Assembly: GCA_963693365.1 (NCBI GenBank)
Contig: CAVNZM010000017.1
Coordinates: 3,140,875 to 3,204,874 of the forward strand
DNA from: Amoebidium appalachense
Lineage: Eukaryota > Protista > Ichthyosporea
Reading direction: 5' to 3'
DNA: 64,000 bases
Part shown: in pieces, positions 16,202-28,391 of the stretch
How the letters are laid out: each line of letters opens with the position of its first letter
How positions within the stretch are numbered: the first letter of the stretch is position 1
Notes under the pieces: model-generated
Seen by the model: the letters and a program-made list of their open reading frames with translations, nothing else
Databases searched by the model: none
What the model was told of the DNA's origin: nothing
Position numbers and translations under genes: made by a program

Positions 16202-16550
16202 CTGGCCATTATTCGAAAAGCCACAGGTAGTCGGCTTGTGATGGCCCTACTTTTTTCTTACTTTCCTTTTTCTTTTCTTTTTTCTTTTCTTTTCTTTTTT
16301 TCTTTCTTTTTTTTTTTTTGTGGGGGGGGGGAGGGGGAGGGGCGGGGGGGGTGAGGGGAGGGGGGATTATTTTCAATAGCTGTCAGGGACAAGAAAACAC
16401 GTGGTTTTTAAGTGTTAGGGGATGTTTGTGTGGTAGTCGTGATAGAAGAAACTTTGGGGAGGGGAAAAACCATTCCCCCTTTTCGGCAGGCAGACGGGGT
16501 CAAGTGGCAGGCTAAATACTAGAGCGTTGGGTATGTGTGTGGATGTGTCG

Positions 16551-16641
<91 letters not shown>

Positions 16642-17327
16642 CCTCCCCCTCCCCCCCCCCCCCCCCCCCTCTCTCCCTCCCCCCCTCTCTCTCTCTGTGT
16701 GTGTGCGTACATGTTTGTGTGTGCTGACCTCTGCCCGTGCAGGTAGCCATAGCTGCGCTGGGCAAGGCCCAGACGCTACCCCGGTACGATGCAAAGGGCA
16801 ACGTCTACCCGGCATCCATCGTCAACGTCAGCTGGTCAGGTACGCTGCAAACCCCCCCCCCCCCCCCCCCGGGTCCCCTCTTTCACCCCCCCCCCCTCCC
16901 CCCCCCCTCCCCCTTTGGGCCCTGCCCGACCCCGGCCCCCTGAAGCCTTCAAGCAAGGCGCATACACGAACACACGAGAAAATCTTGAACGAGAAGGAAA
17001 AAAATGTTTGCACAAGCGTGCCATATTTTTGGTGGTTTTTTACACCTGTGGGTGGGGGGGGGGGGGGGGGGGGGAGGAGGGGGGGAAGGGGGGGGAGGGG
17101 AGGGGAGGGGGGGCAAGAGGCCATGATATGACTTGCACGCTATTCTGCCATCCTTGCTGTGAACATATCCGTACACCTGGGCTCACACTTCTTCTTTTTT
17201 TTTTTTTTTTTTTTTTTTTTATGCAGGCGACCACCGTGTGTTGGATGGAGCCACCATGGCGCGATTCTCCAACCTCATGAAGTCTTACATCGAAAACCCG
17301 GAGACCATGATCTTCGACATGAAATAG
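6941..17327 (+). CDS. DBT: Dihydrolipoamide branched-chain transacylase E2 (mitochondrial BCKDH E2), 14 exons, ~505 aa
   Basis: Phase-consistent GT-AG exons: 6941-7006, 7149-7193, 7589-7639, 8190-8287, 9875-10022, 10783-10905, 12009-12222, 13220-13276, 13768-13938, 14329-14441, 14965-15087, 15932-16042, 16743-16839, 17227-17327. Arg/Ser/Ala-rich transit peptide; lipoyl domain [10 protein letters not shown]...[15 protein letters not shown]; E1/E3-binding [10 protein letters not shown]...[12 protein letters not shown]; catalytic [10 protein letters not shown] and [12 protein letters not shown]. The first three (transit peptide) exons are least certain. Confidence 0.93.
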
Positions 17328-18545
17328 ACGGGGGGTAGGAGTGAAACGGTGTGTGTGTGTGTGTGTGTGTGTGTCTTTGGGGGGGGGGGGGGGGGGGGGG
17401 GGGGGAGGGGGGGGGGGGGGGGGGGGAATGGGAAGGTTTAAGTGCTCGTGTGGGCGTATGATTACATTAGATGGTTTGGAGCACGTACACGTGGCATGGT
17501 ATGCTCGTTCGAGGTCCGTGTAGTGGTAGACATGCCTGGTGATAACCCTTTACCAATTGATCATGCTACACTCAACACATGAGGTAACACGGCACACATT
17601 CAATTTTTGAAGGCATTAAGTCCTCTCCCTTGAAGCTTAAGACCCTGGGTTTTGTTTCAGTTCGTTTGATGTATGAATCCTTCAGTGTTTTAAAAACATC
17701 AAGAGTAAAGTTTAAGTTACAAGCACCGCCGACTAGAAGTGGATTGAGGCAGCCGGATTTACAGACCTTCTGCTGGTTGGTATAGCATGCGTGCAGTTAT
17801 AATGATGTGCAAGCGGAAAAGATATGTAAATGCCCTTTTCTGATTCAAATTGTGTTCACTGGGGTGCAAGGCACACCCAAATTTTAGTTTCGAACCAGAA
17901 ATATTTCTTCTTGTGGTCACTGCAATTGCTGAGCTATTACAGTATTCCCGTGTATGGTGTTTATGGCGTAAAGAAACCTTCGAAACCTTATCATTTTATG
18001 CTTGTTGTACTCATTTATGATCACGTTGAACACTGATGTCGTTGAGTTTTGAGCAATAAACTTGCAAATATGATTTGCACATGTGATGGCTCGAACTCCG
18101 GCCCGTGGCCTTGCAATCAGCGCATACTTAGGGTCAGTGGACAAACTCGTTTCCTATGTGGCTAAGTGGGTATGGCACATAAGACAAAGAGCACACAGGC
18201 TTGCATTCAACCCCCCCCCCCCCCCCCCCCCCCCCCCGAACTTGGCCGGCCAGCCACCCACCCTTTCCTCACCCACTTGCTCTTGTGCGTTAAAGTGATT
18301 ACGGAGCAACTTATATGTTCAACTTCATTTGCGGCGGCACTTTTTCGTTGCCGGCCTTTTCACATGGTTCTATTTGAATGGCACTACGGGCCACGAGTGT
18401 TGGTTCCCCTGCCTGCAGATCGCATCAGACCTCCATTATGATATACATCTTGGTACGTTCTCTCGCACTCTCTTTCCTTTTTTGGCGGACAAAAAGCTTG
18501 TGTTGGAATGTCTGTGTGTGTGCTCTTTTCTGTGTCACGGTAGGG

Positions 18546-18622
<77 letters not shown>

Positions 18623-18689
18623 CGCGTGCGTATGCTCACTGCGTATGGGTGTACATGTGTGCGCTTCTGAGTGGGTAGACAGACAAATA

Positions 18690-19080
18690 GATCAAAAGGG
18701 AATGGTATTTTTTATCATAGAGAAGGTAGAATGCTATTCACAGAGAAAGGACATTATTAGTCACAAAAAAAAGAGAATTCCATTTACAGAGAAAGGAGAC
18801 TACCCGTCAAAGAAAAGGAGAATGCTATTTTTACAGAGCAAGGACAATACTATTTATACAAAAAGGATATTGCTGTTCACATAGAAACGATGATAACTAT
18901 AATAGTAACAGGAAAGGAGAATGATATTCATAGTTTGAAGGAGAATACTATTTACAGAGAAAGGAAGATACTATTCACGGATAAATGAGAATACTTACTA
19001 TTTACACAGGAAGGAGAATACTATTCACAGAAAAGGGATAATACTATTCACAGAAACAGAAGAATACTATTTACAGATAA
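18690..19080. repeat. Degenerate AT-rich minisatellite (~23-24 bp unit, AGAATACTATTCACAGAGAAAGG-like)
   Basis: Recurrent agaat(a/g)ctatt(c/t)acaga(g)aaagg units across the interval. Confidence 0.7.
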
Positions 19081-19189
19081 TCTATGGGAGGAACAAAGAT
19101 TGAAACGTTCAAGGCTCGAAATCTAAAGGTTGCAGACCTATAGGCTTATGAATCGGCAAAGCTATTCCAGAGGGGTCTTTTCGTATGGT

Positions 19190-19232
<43 letters not shown>

Positions 19233-19373
19233 CCCCCCCCCCCCTCCCTCCTCCTCCTCCTCTCCCCCCCCCCACCACCACCACCACCATCACTTTTTTT
19301 TTCAATTCTTTTTTCCAAAGCTTTTAAAAAATAGTGACAGTACATGAGAAAAAGAAAAAAAATTCGGAAAGGA

Positions 19374-19757
19374 TCAGGCATCCGCATACGGTGTAGCAAC
19401 CGCACAGTCGTGCAAATAAGGCACGTAACATCTCTTAACCCCACCCAATATCTGCGCAAGCTGTGTGAGATTCCTCTTGCTCTCCCTGTCATTCACACAC
19501 ACACGAAACAGCCTCTCACGCAGGTGCAAAGGATAATGGCCAAAACCCTCCTCAATAAACGTCTTGAGTCCGGCAGCGGCCGCTACACCAGACATTTTCA
19601 TTGCAGAAGGGCTCTCAAATCGCCCCCTTTTCCGTTTTTTGCCATTCTTGACAAGTTCTTGGCTGGGTTTTTGCGTAAATTCGATGTCTTCGTAGGGGGT
19701 GTTCTTTGCGTAAGCGTACATTGGGCCTTCGATGTGGCGTGGTACGTGCCCTAATAC
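19374..19757 (-). CDS. Probable terminal exon of an unknown minus-strand gene with a HIRAN-like GHVPR motif
   Basis: CAG acceptor at 19758-19760, then the phase-0 open frame VLGHVPRHIEGPMYAYAK...RGRFESP... to the stop at 19374. The sequence is non-repetitive and looks coding. Confidence 0.35.
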   Translation of the reverse strand, partial: VLGHVPRHIEGPMYAYAKNTPYEDIEFTQKPSQELVKNGKKRKRGRFESPSAMKMSGVAAAAGLKTFIEEGFGHYPLHLRERLFRVCVNDRESKRNLTQLAQILGGVKRCYVPYLHDCAVATPYADA

Positions 19758-19857
19758 CTGTTTTGGGTGTGAGGGGGAGAGTGTTTGTTAGAGGTAGGCG
19801 TGGTTAGGGATAGATGGTGGTATTGGTAGGAATAATAAAGTGATGGAGGAGGGGGCA

Positions 19858-19891
<34 letters not shown>

Positions 19892-20237
19892 GGGGTGTGT
19901 GTTTCGGCCCAGTGTGCTGGTGTGTGGGTGTGTGTGTGTATTTGGGTGTGTGTGCGGTAAGTGTGTGTGTTTGCGCGTACCCACACATGTGTTTGGGTGG
20001 ACAGATTTGTTCAAGTGGTCGGGGCATGTTTATATAGTTGGAATCATTTCCATAGCAATTTCCATAGCCTACATTCCAAATCAGCTATTTCTTTTATCAG
20101 TAAGGTAACCAAGGATTTTCAAGCCTCGATAAGTTAGAAAACTAATAATAGATTAAGGAGTTCAGGACTGTGGATAGTTAAAAGAGAACTTAGGCGCAAA
20201 AGTTATAAAGATGCGGGATCGGATATACTTCTCCCCC

Positions 20238-20275
<38 letters not shown>

Positions 20276-20654
20276 CCCCAACACCCACCACCCACCCACC
20301 CATCCCCCGACTCCCTGCAAACTTGAAAGAAAGATAGCAATGAAAACATAAAAAAAATCTTAAAACTCTTAAACCCCCCTCCTAAAAAAACTGACGCCGC
20401 CAGCCGTCACCCATACCTACTCCTCATACTCACTTCGAGCATTCCCTATCCCACACATACACACACACGCACACACTGAGACTCACCACCAGGACGGTCA
20501 CCCTCCCATTCCTTTCAACCACTGAGTATTCGAAACCCCCCTCCCCATTCCCCCCTCTCCCCCCACATGCACAAAACTTATTTTTTTGGGGGGGCGGGGA
20601 GGGGGTTGGCGGGGGAGGGGGTGGGGTGGGTGGGTGGGTGGGTGGGGGGGGGGG

Positions 20655-20696
<42 letters not shown>

Positions 20697-21187
20697 GGGG
20701 GAAATAATATGCCGCTAACCAAAGCAACATCATATTGTTTCCTAGTACCGTGGGGAGGTCCCTGTCCCCCCTTCTTCCCCCCCCCCCCCCCCTCCCCTCC
20801 CCTCCCCCCCCCCCTCCCCTCCCGCTCCACTTCCCTCCACCAAGCCCTCCCCTTGACAAACCAAGCCTTGCACCACCTGCCCTATCCTCGAACAACGGAA
20901 TACCCCCCCCCCCCCCCCTCCTCCCCCCTCTTCCCCTCCCCCCTCCTCCCCCCCCCCCCACTCCCCCCTCCCCTCCCCCTGGTGTCTCGACCAGCCCCCC
21001 AGCAGCACCACCAGAAAAACAGCAGTCAACCTCCAACATATCAATCGACACAAACGTTCATGTTGTCATTGCATAAATGGGGGTTGCATTGTGTCTTAGG
21101 AGCGGGAACGAAACAAAGGAGCGGGAACGCAACACCTTCTACATACGAGAGTGTAAATGAGATTCGACGAGTTGTCAACTGCCTGGC

Positions 21188-21583
21188 CTAAGAATGTAGC
21201 ACGCTGATGAGCCGATTGCTACGACTAGGCAGGTTTGTTACCATGTTGTCATCATTTACCTGTGCAAGCTCGTTCATTGTTCTCTTAATCTCCTTGTCTG
21301 TGCAGAACAGCACAAAGAACTGCTCCCGCTCTATTGCCGGCACCGGGCAAAACCCCGTCCTCCACATCTGCTCGATCTTCTGCTTGATCCTTCTTGCGCT
21401 GTCCCGCCCACCAAACAAGAGTTGCTCGCCTGTTTTCCCACTCCCATCGATGTCTTTGGGGCGCTGAAATCTTGGCAGGTCAGCCAGTTGGCCATAAAAA
21501 AGGTCTGTGCTGCTCAGTTCGGTTTGTTCTTGGACGGTCTCTTCGAGGTCCTCGTGTGTGCGTTTGCGTGAGAAACTTGCCAT
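21188..21583 (-). CDS. Hypothetical protein or first exon (MASFSRKRTHEDLEE...)
   Basis: ATG in strong CCACCATGG context at 21583 and a complex 131-codon frame with an NLS-like RKR. A possible 54-nt GT-AG intron (21241-21188) would remove the stop. Confidence 0.45.
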   Translation of the reverse strand: MASFSRKRTHEDLEETVQEQTELSSTDLFYGQLADLPRFQRPKDIDGSGKTGEQLLFGGRDSARRIKQKIEQMWRTGFCPVPAIEREQFFVLFCTDKEIKRTMNELAQVNDDNMVTNLPSRSNRLISVLHS

Positions 21584-24500
21584 GGTGGGAAAATGTGTTG
21601 GGAGAATGTGTTGACGGTGTAAAGGCCGGGATGTGGGGATACCTTGAATGCTGCAGTAGAGATGTGAATTATGCACTTGGCTGTGATGTTACATCTTAAT
21701 GCTACAGAAAAGAAATGAAGTATGCACGCACTAAACTGTGATTCCACGTTCCAATGCTAAAGAATATAAAGCGGAGCATGCACTTTACTGTGATGTTACA
21801 TCACAGAGTTGCGCAATAGATGTGAAGTTTGCTCCTGAGTGTGATTGTCAAGACAGCCACATGTCATTGCTAAAGAACAGTTGTGTTGTATAAGCTCTGC
21901 TGTGATGTTACATCACTAATGCCAGCGGTTGTGGCCTATGTACATACGTTTACGGAATTCGAAGGGTGCCCCCAGGTGTCAAAAGTTTCGTGTTTTTGGC
22001 TTTGTGCAACTTTGCAACTTTTTCGTTCAGTTACACCAACGTTTTGATGGTTGGCTGTTAGCGCATCAAGCTTACCAGAAAAAGCTATTTATTATATATT
22101 TTAGTGTTAGCTATAATAGGTAACATTTTACCTATTTCTAGTCGCCAGCTTCTTTGATTGGCCAATTACTACATAGTGTGATAAACAAATGGTCTAGCCC
22201 CAGAGAGAGGTTTTTGTGTTTACACGGTCTAGATTTTGGGATACGGTGAGAGCACAGCCCCTCGTGTGCATGTGTGGCTTACTGCGTTTTCCAGCACGGC
22301 CACACACTAGACGAGGGGCGCCGCAGGCGCCCCGAGCTATACCGACACCGGGTTTACAGGATATATATACACCCGGGGTTTACGCTGTTTACTCGAGGCA
22401 AAGAGAAACCAGTCTCAGGTATGGGGGGGGTTTTGCTCGGAATATCCCCTCAGCGGTATATCATGATCACGTACATAGATGTCGGGTGATGGCTATATAT
22501 CAGGGTTTACTTTCTCTACGAGACACCATAAAGATAACTCACACGGGTGGAAGGCTAGATAAGAAAGACAGAGAAAATCTATCACAGAGAACCCCTCCAA
22601 GTGAGGGGTCTCTGCCGGAAGAGCGTCTACATAGCTACGAAAAGATGCTAAGGCCTCTGGGGGGAGTGCCCCCGTGAGCAAACCACATCTAACGACACAA
22701 CCCCTATTAAAGCTACCTGAGCAACGAGTACATTACGTGGGCCTATATGTATTCATTAGGAAACGATTACAACGCCAAGCTAAAACCATTTGCACATTAC
22801 GGCCGTCTACTATGTCTTTAAGAAAAGTGTCTATCTGACATCTATCTATCCTAACGGTGTCCCGCATATATATGAAACTAATTTGCTCTCCCTAGGCCCA
22901 CCTAAACACGGCAAAGAATCAACCCGTAACGGGAAAAGAAACCGATCTACCAAGGATCTAAAACCATCCATCCCCTTGCTGTGATCGTGCCGTAGTAGAA
23001 GAGAGGAACAAGGTAGAGTTTGGATTGTGGAAGGAACTGAGAGCACGGAATAAGGATGTGGATAGAACTGAAGGCAACATGCCTGTCGGTTCGTCTTTAT
23101 AGTTGTGTTGCCACACTTATTTCGACATCATACCGTCTTGGCTATCTCGGCATGACTAGTATATCTCTCAACTATCTCTTGCAGGTATATCTGCATCACA
23201 TGGTACGGGGTCAAGCAAGCACGTCCTCGTGCTAAAGTTACAAAAAAAAATTCAGTCATTAATGATTTGGCACAGTGTACAGTTTAAAGTCTATGGAACT
23301 GGCATTCCACGGTTTCAAATTCACTTCCCGGCCACAGGCTTGCCTCGGGTCTCAACACCGCGCTTCCTAATAAAGATGATGACTGGGGTTTATTATTTGC
23401 CGGGTCCTACCGACCATGATGGCATGCAGGCTCCTTTCGTCCGGCGGTGGTGCCCCTACGCACCCCCCCCCCCCCCAAGAGGCACACAACGGGCCGGAGT
23501 GACGACTTTTCATTTTATGCTGACAAGTAAGAAATATTCTTTCTAAGTCTTTTTTTTTAATTAAAAAAAAACCCTTTTTTCTGTTTCGGCGCATGCTTTG
23601 CCCCGATTTACTTTAGCTTTTTTTTGTTTTTTTTTGGTCTGTTTTTACTCCTCAGGACAGAAATGGCCGAATTTTTTCTGTTTTAGTCCTGAAACCTGCT
23701 GGGAGGGGGGGGGGGGGGAGGGGGGGGAAGAGGAAGGTGGGGAAGATGAGGCGACATCACGGCTCCGATGCAAAGTCCTGAGCCTGTGTGTGTGTGTGTT
23801 TGGGGCGGGGGGGGGGGGGGGGGGGGGGGGGGGGGAAGGAATAATTCGGCAGCAAGTAATGGACCACCTGTTAAACCAGCGAGAATGAGGACACAATGCT
23901 GCTACAGTTCAGAGCAGCCTTGCATGTGGGTGGTGGCCCAGAAGGGCCTGGATGGTAGCAGAAAGGGCCAAGTTTAAGGTTGATGAGCAGATTGTGGGAT
24001 GTTTTTCATCCTGGTACGGGTCTCAGGAAAACGATCAAGAACGGGCTTTAAGCTTACTATCTGAAACGTTTTGAGGCTTTTTTCGAAAAGAAATTCGACA
24101 GTAACAGGTTTTCCTGGCTGGTTTTTTTTATCGGTTTGTGCGCAAAATAAAAGTTCAAATTTTCCTCAGGTAGCCACACGGGTGTGGCCCGTTGAATGTA
24201 ATGCCTGCCTGCCCATTTTGCCAAATGTTTCTTTTGGTATTTGTTTAGCAATTTTCTGGTTTGTGTTCCCACCTGCCTTCTTCCTTCACCTTATTTCTGG
24301 TTTGATTTTTCAACTAAAGCCTTCAAAAACACACTTCGGCTCCTTATAGTTTTGTGCGGAAAACCTGGTTCAGCAAGAGCTCCGTGGTTGCTCCGACCGC
24401 GCATTTATGAAAAAATTGCTGGTGGAGGAAGAAAGGCGGGAATCAAAAGAGTAACCGTGAAGCCTTGGACAAAATGGTGTGCCTGGGGGGGGTGGTGGTG

Positions 24501-24720
24501 GTGGTGGGGGGGGGGGGAGGGGGGGGGGGGGGGGGGAGGCAAGGGAGGGGAGGGCCAGGAGGGTGCAGGGATACTACATAGAAATCCTTTAAGGGGATCA
24601 TATGTCCTTGTGTGTATGTTCATAGAAGAAGTAGCTGGGGGGATAAAAGGACAAAACAAGAAGGGGAGGCTTTAAGGACATGACCATCTTGGGAAAAAAA
24701 AGAAATCGGCCCAACCCGGT

Positions 24721-24762
<42 letters not shown>

Positions 24763-25199
24763 AGGAGCTGCCCATTATATTCCCGTCACCCCGGGACTCG
24801 GAGTAGTAGGTTCCTCCTTCCCCGCCAATCAAAGTTGGCCTTCGGGGCGGGACCCTCCCGTCCGTCAAAGTGGTGAGTCCCCCCTTCCCCCCCCCCCTCC
24901 CCATCCCCCCCCCCCCCCCCCCCCCAACCCCAACCAACACCCCCCCCAAACCCCCCCCCCCCCCCCACCCCCCGGCTCCGGCCTGCCATGATCCCCCAGT
25001 GGGTTCTGGGTTCTTCCTATATGCACCTACCTCTCACTCCCTTTCACCCATGCATCATCTTCTTACCTTCGTTCTGATCAACGAACTCAGTTATTGGGAC
25101 AGCGTTGTCGTTCTCCACAAATGTGCTTGTGTGTGTGTGTGTGTGTGTGTGTTTCATCGCGTGTGTGTATGTGTGTATGTGTGTGTGTGTGTGTGTGTG

Positions 25200-25295
<96 letters not shown>

Positions 25296-28200
25296 TGTGT
25301 GTGTGTGTGTGTGTGTGCACGCGCGCGCACGCACTCGTCTGTGCGTGCGTGCATGCGAGTACGTGTGACGTGTGTGTATGTGCGTGTGCCAGTGTGTTCA
25401 ACTAGTGTATGTGTGTTAGTAATACCTTGACTGTGCCTAACCGAATGCCTGCCAGTGTCTGCTTCTTCTGTGACTGTTAATGACATGCGTGTGTCGCTGA
25501 GTGATATCATCATCACGGTGTACATTTCAGACACCACCCAACACGGGCATGAAGTCGACCCACGGGCTGTCACCCAGCATATCGTAGCCCCATTACAGTG
25601 GCTGCACATCACCACCCCCACAAAGCTGCAAGTATGTAGCACCCTCCACCCAACCAGGACAGGATCACCAAGGGTCTGTGTGCCCGGGACATCATCTGAC
25701 CACCAGCCCTACTGACCAGCACCCAAGGAGACCGAGGCTCCTTATTGGTGAATACAATGTCTGTGTCTGTATCTAAGATTTTCTGCCAATATTTATGGAC
25801 ACATGGATGTGGAACACTACATCCAGGTCCCCAAACCAAACATGAACACGAAGCCCACAAAACCAAATCTTTGACAGCCGCCCGTAGAGGGAAACTAGTC
25901 AGTCTGATCATGTGAACTGTACACTTAGACGGTCTGGTTTGCAGATCTGGGTGCAGCTTTCTAATTATCTAGGTTTCCTTGAACATGTAGATAAACGGAA
26001 TATTTGATTGTGGGACACATGTAGAACCTGAAAGTTTGGTCAGATTCATTACAACCTCCCCCCCCCCCCGCTTCCACCACCCTTGCTTCCTTCCTTCACG
26101 TGCTGCCTGTCCATGGCCAGCCTTATCCGAGTAATTGATGAACACTAACACTAACCCCTCCCCCCCCCCCCCTCCCCCCCCCCCCCCTCCCCCCCCCTCC
26201 CCCCCCCCCCCCCCCCCCCCGCCCGGCCCGGGCCCTTCGGGTAAAAATTTCAAACTTCAGACCCGAAAAGTTAAGATGCCGCTTAAAGAGGTTTTGGGTT
26301 TCAAACATGCGTAAGAGGCTGAGTGTTGATGAATGGGCAGCATATTGTTTTGACTTTAAATAAGGAAACTCGCAGCACTGGTCACAACCCTCTGTCGTCA
26401 AAACACGATTCTTGCTCTGATCACCCCATAGTAACTTTTATTGGCTAGTTTTAATTGGTTCCTGCGCCCCTATAAAATGCAAAACCTGTGCACCTGATGG
26501 CCACGCGGTGACCGCCATAAAGCCAAATTGACCCTGTTTTTGCTTCGTTTTTCTTCTGTTCATCTAGCTGCCTGTACAAGGCTATGTATGTCAAGAACGC
26601 CTGTTTATTACCTATACATACGAGGTTCAATCTCCTACTACAATTTTGTTTTGGTTTTTTTGTAGTCATAGACTCATTACGGGGGACTATGTATTCTCAT
26701 TCACTTTGCATAAAGTTCTACACAAGGAGAGGAGAGGATGACCATATTCCTACTTTTCTACTTTATATATATATATATATATATAGGTAAACGAACTCTT
26801 TTACTTTTTTTTGTCGGTAAACTTTAAAACGAACTCTTCTACTTTTCTCAGAGGTATACTTCAGAACTCGCCAAATAACCGTGCCACGGTAGACAAACGG
26901 TTTGCGCAGTCATGTCTTAGAAATTCCACAGATAAATCTACCCATTAGAACGGTCGGATCTTCGCCCAGGAATTCGCACCCATGGTCCCAAATTGCCAAT
27001 ACCCAATGTATCTCTTGGATTTTGTTTGAGGTATTTTTTAAATAGTTGTTTTCTATTCATTCATAATACCGCTGGCGACCGCACTGAGGTTCTGCGACCC
27101 GGCTGCTCGGAAGGTCGGAGGCGCATCGCGATCGTACATGCCATATGCATGTCCTTTCGTTTCAGTTACAACGCCCAGAACTATGCAAGTGGCAGCAAAA
27201 AATCATATTAATCTCACAATGAAAGCCATTCACTTAATTCATACATTCATATAAAAGCCGAGGGCAAATACCAGCGTGTCCTGTTAGGTTTTCCGTGTTG
27301 ACATTTAAACAGTTTGACCGTTGAAGTTCGTGTCTAAATATTCACCGAGTGAATTCTTTTGGATCTCCCAAAACTTCATATATTGTTGAGGCCCTGAGGG
27401 TCGTGTATATATGGGCAACGGCCGTGTAATGTCAACGTCCGCCCCGGCGACGCCGGGCCGGGAATTCGAAGCCCCATTTCCTTTGTGTGTACCCATTGTG
27501 TGTAACTGGTAACGGGGTGGAATCTCGTAATACACCAAAAGTGTAGTTTTACCCATGTTTACAATATGTAATTACACAGTGTGCAGTACTATGTCATGTA
27601 TCGGAATTTTCCTTGGGCCTAAATTCCAACATTGGAAATTTGAAAAAGGATAATCTCTCTGCAAGGCTGTTTCAATACTCATTTAAAAAAAGCTTATGGA
27701 TAGATACCACCCTAGCAGATAAGTCTGTATGGTGCTCTGATATTGATATTGCTTGGGAAGTTGTGCAGTGGCGTTGTAATTCTTGTTTCCATCGCCGTTG
27801 GTGCCGCTTTTGTGCTGAACTTTTCAATCGAAAGCATGTTGATAGGTGTGAGTTTTTATGTCGCAAAGTTTAGATCTTTCCCTACGGGTGTCTGCTACGT
27901 TGGCTGGCAATGCGAACACTGGAATTTTTGTTGAATTCTGTTGGTCGTCACATGGAGCATCTATATGATTTTCACACCGTATTCAGGTATCTCATTATGC
28001 ACTTGTTACTGGATAACTCGTGAAGTCTTTATTGCCTCCTATAAATGCATAGTTGCACATCTTTGAGTTGCATGAGTAAAAAATCCAGTCAAAAGACAAA
28101 AAAAATCTGTTTCATATATGATATCTCCGGCTTGCTTCTCTTTCATGAGCATATCAATAAAGTCATTATAAAAAAATTCATTAATCCTTCTTGTCTTGGA

Positions 28201-28391
28201 TTCAACCAATCATCTACAAACAGGAATAACTAACGGCAAATCATGCGCGTATAAAAAGGTAAACGTGGCAATTTTTGCCTTTATCCGTCTGTCGAACTGC
28301 ATGCTTCGCAACAAAGCTAACTGTTTGTCCGTTTCGGATAGTTGGTGTTGAACATTCATTGGCGAACATTAGGTTCCTTTAAACAGGCCCT

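Noticed and set aside
23200-28300. Complex-looking non-repetitive stretches (e.g. 25455-26000, 27600-28260) as exons or transposase relics
   Set aside because: Frames contain stops and I could not recognise any protein motif or consistent splice chain.
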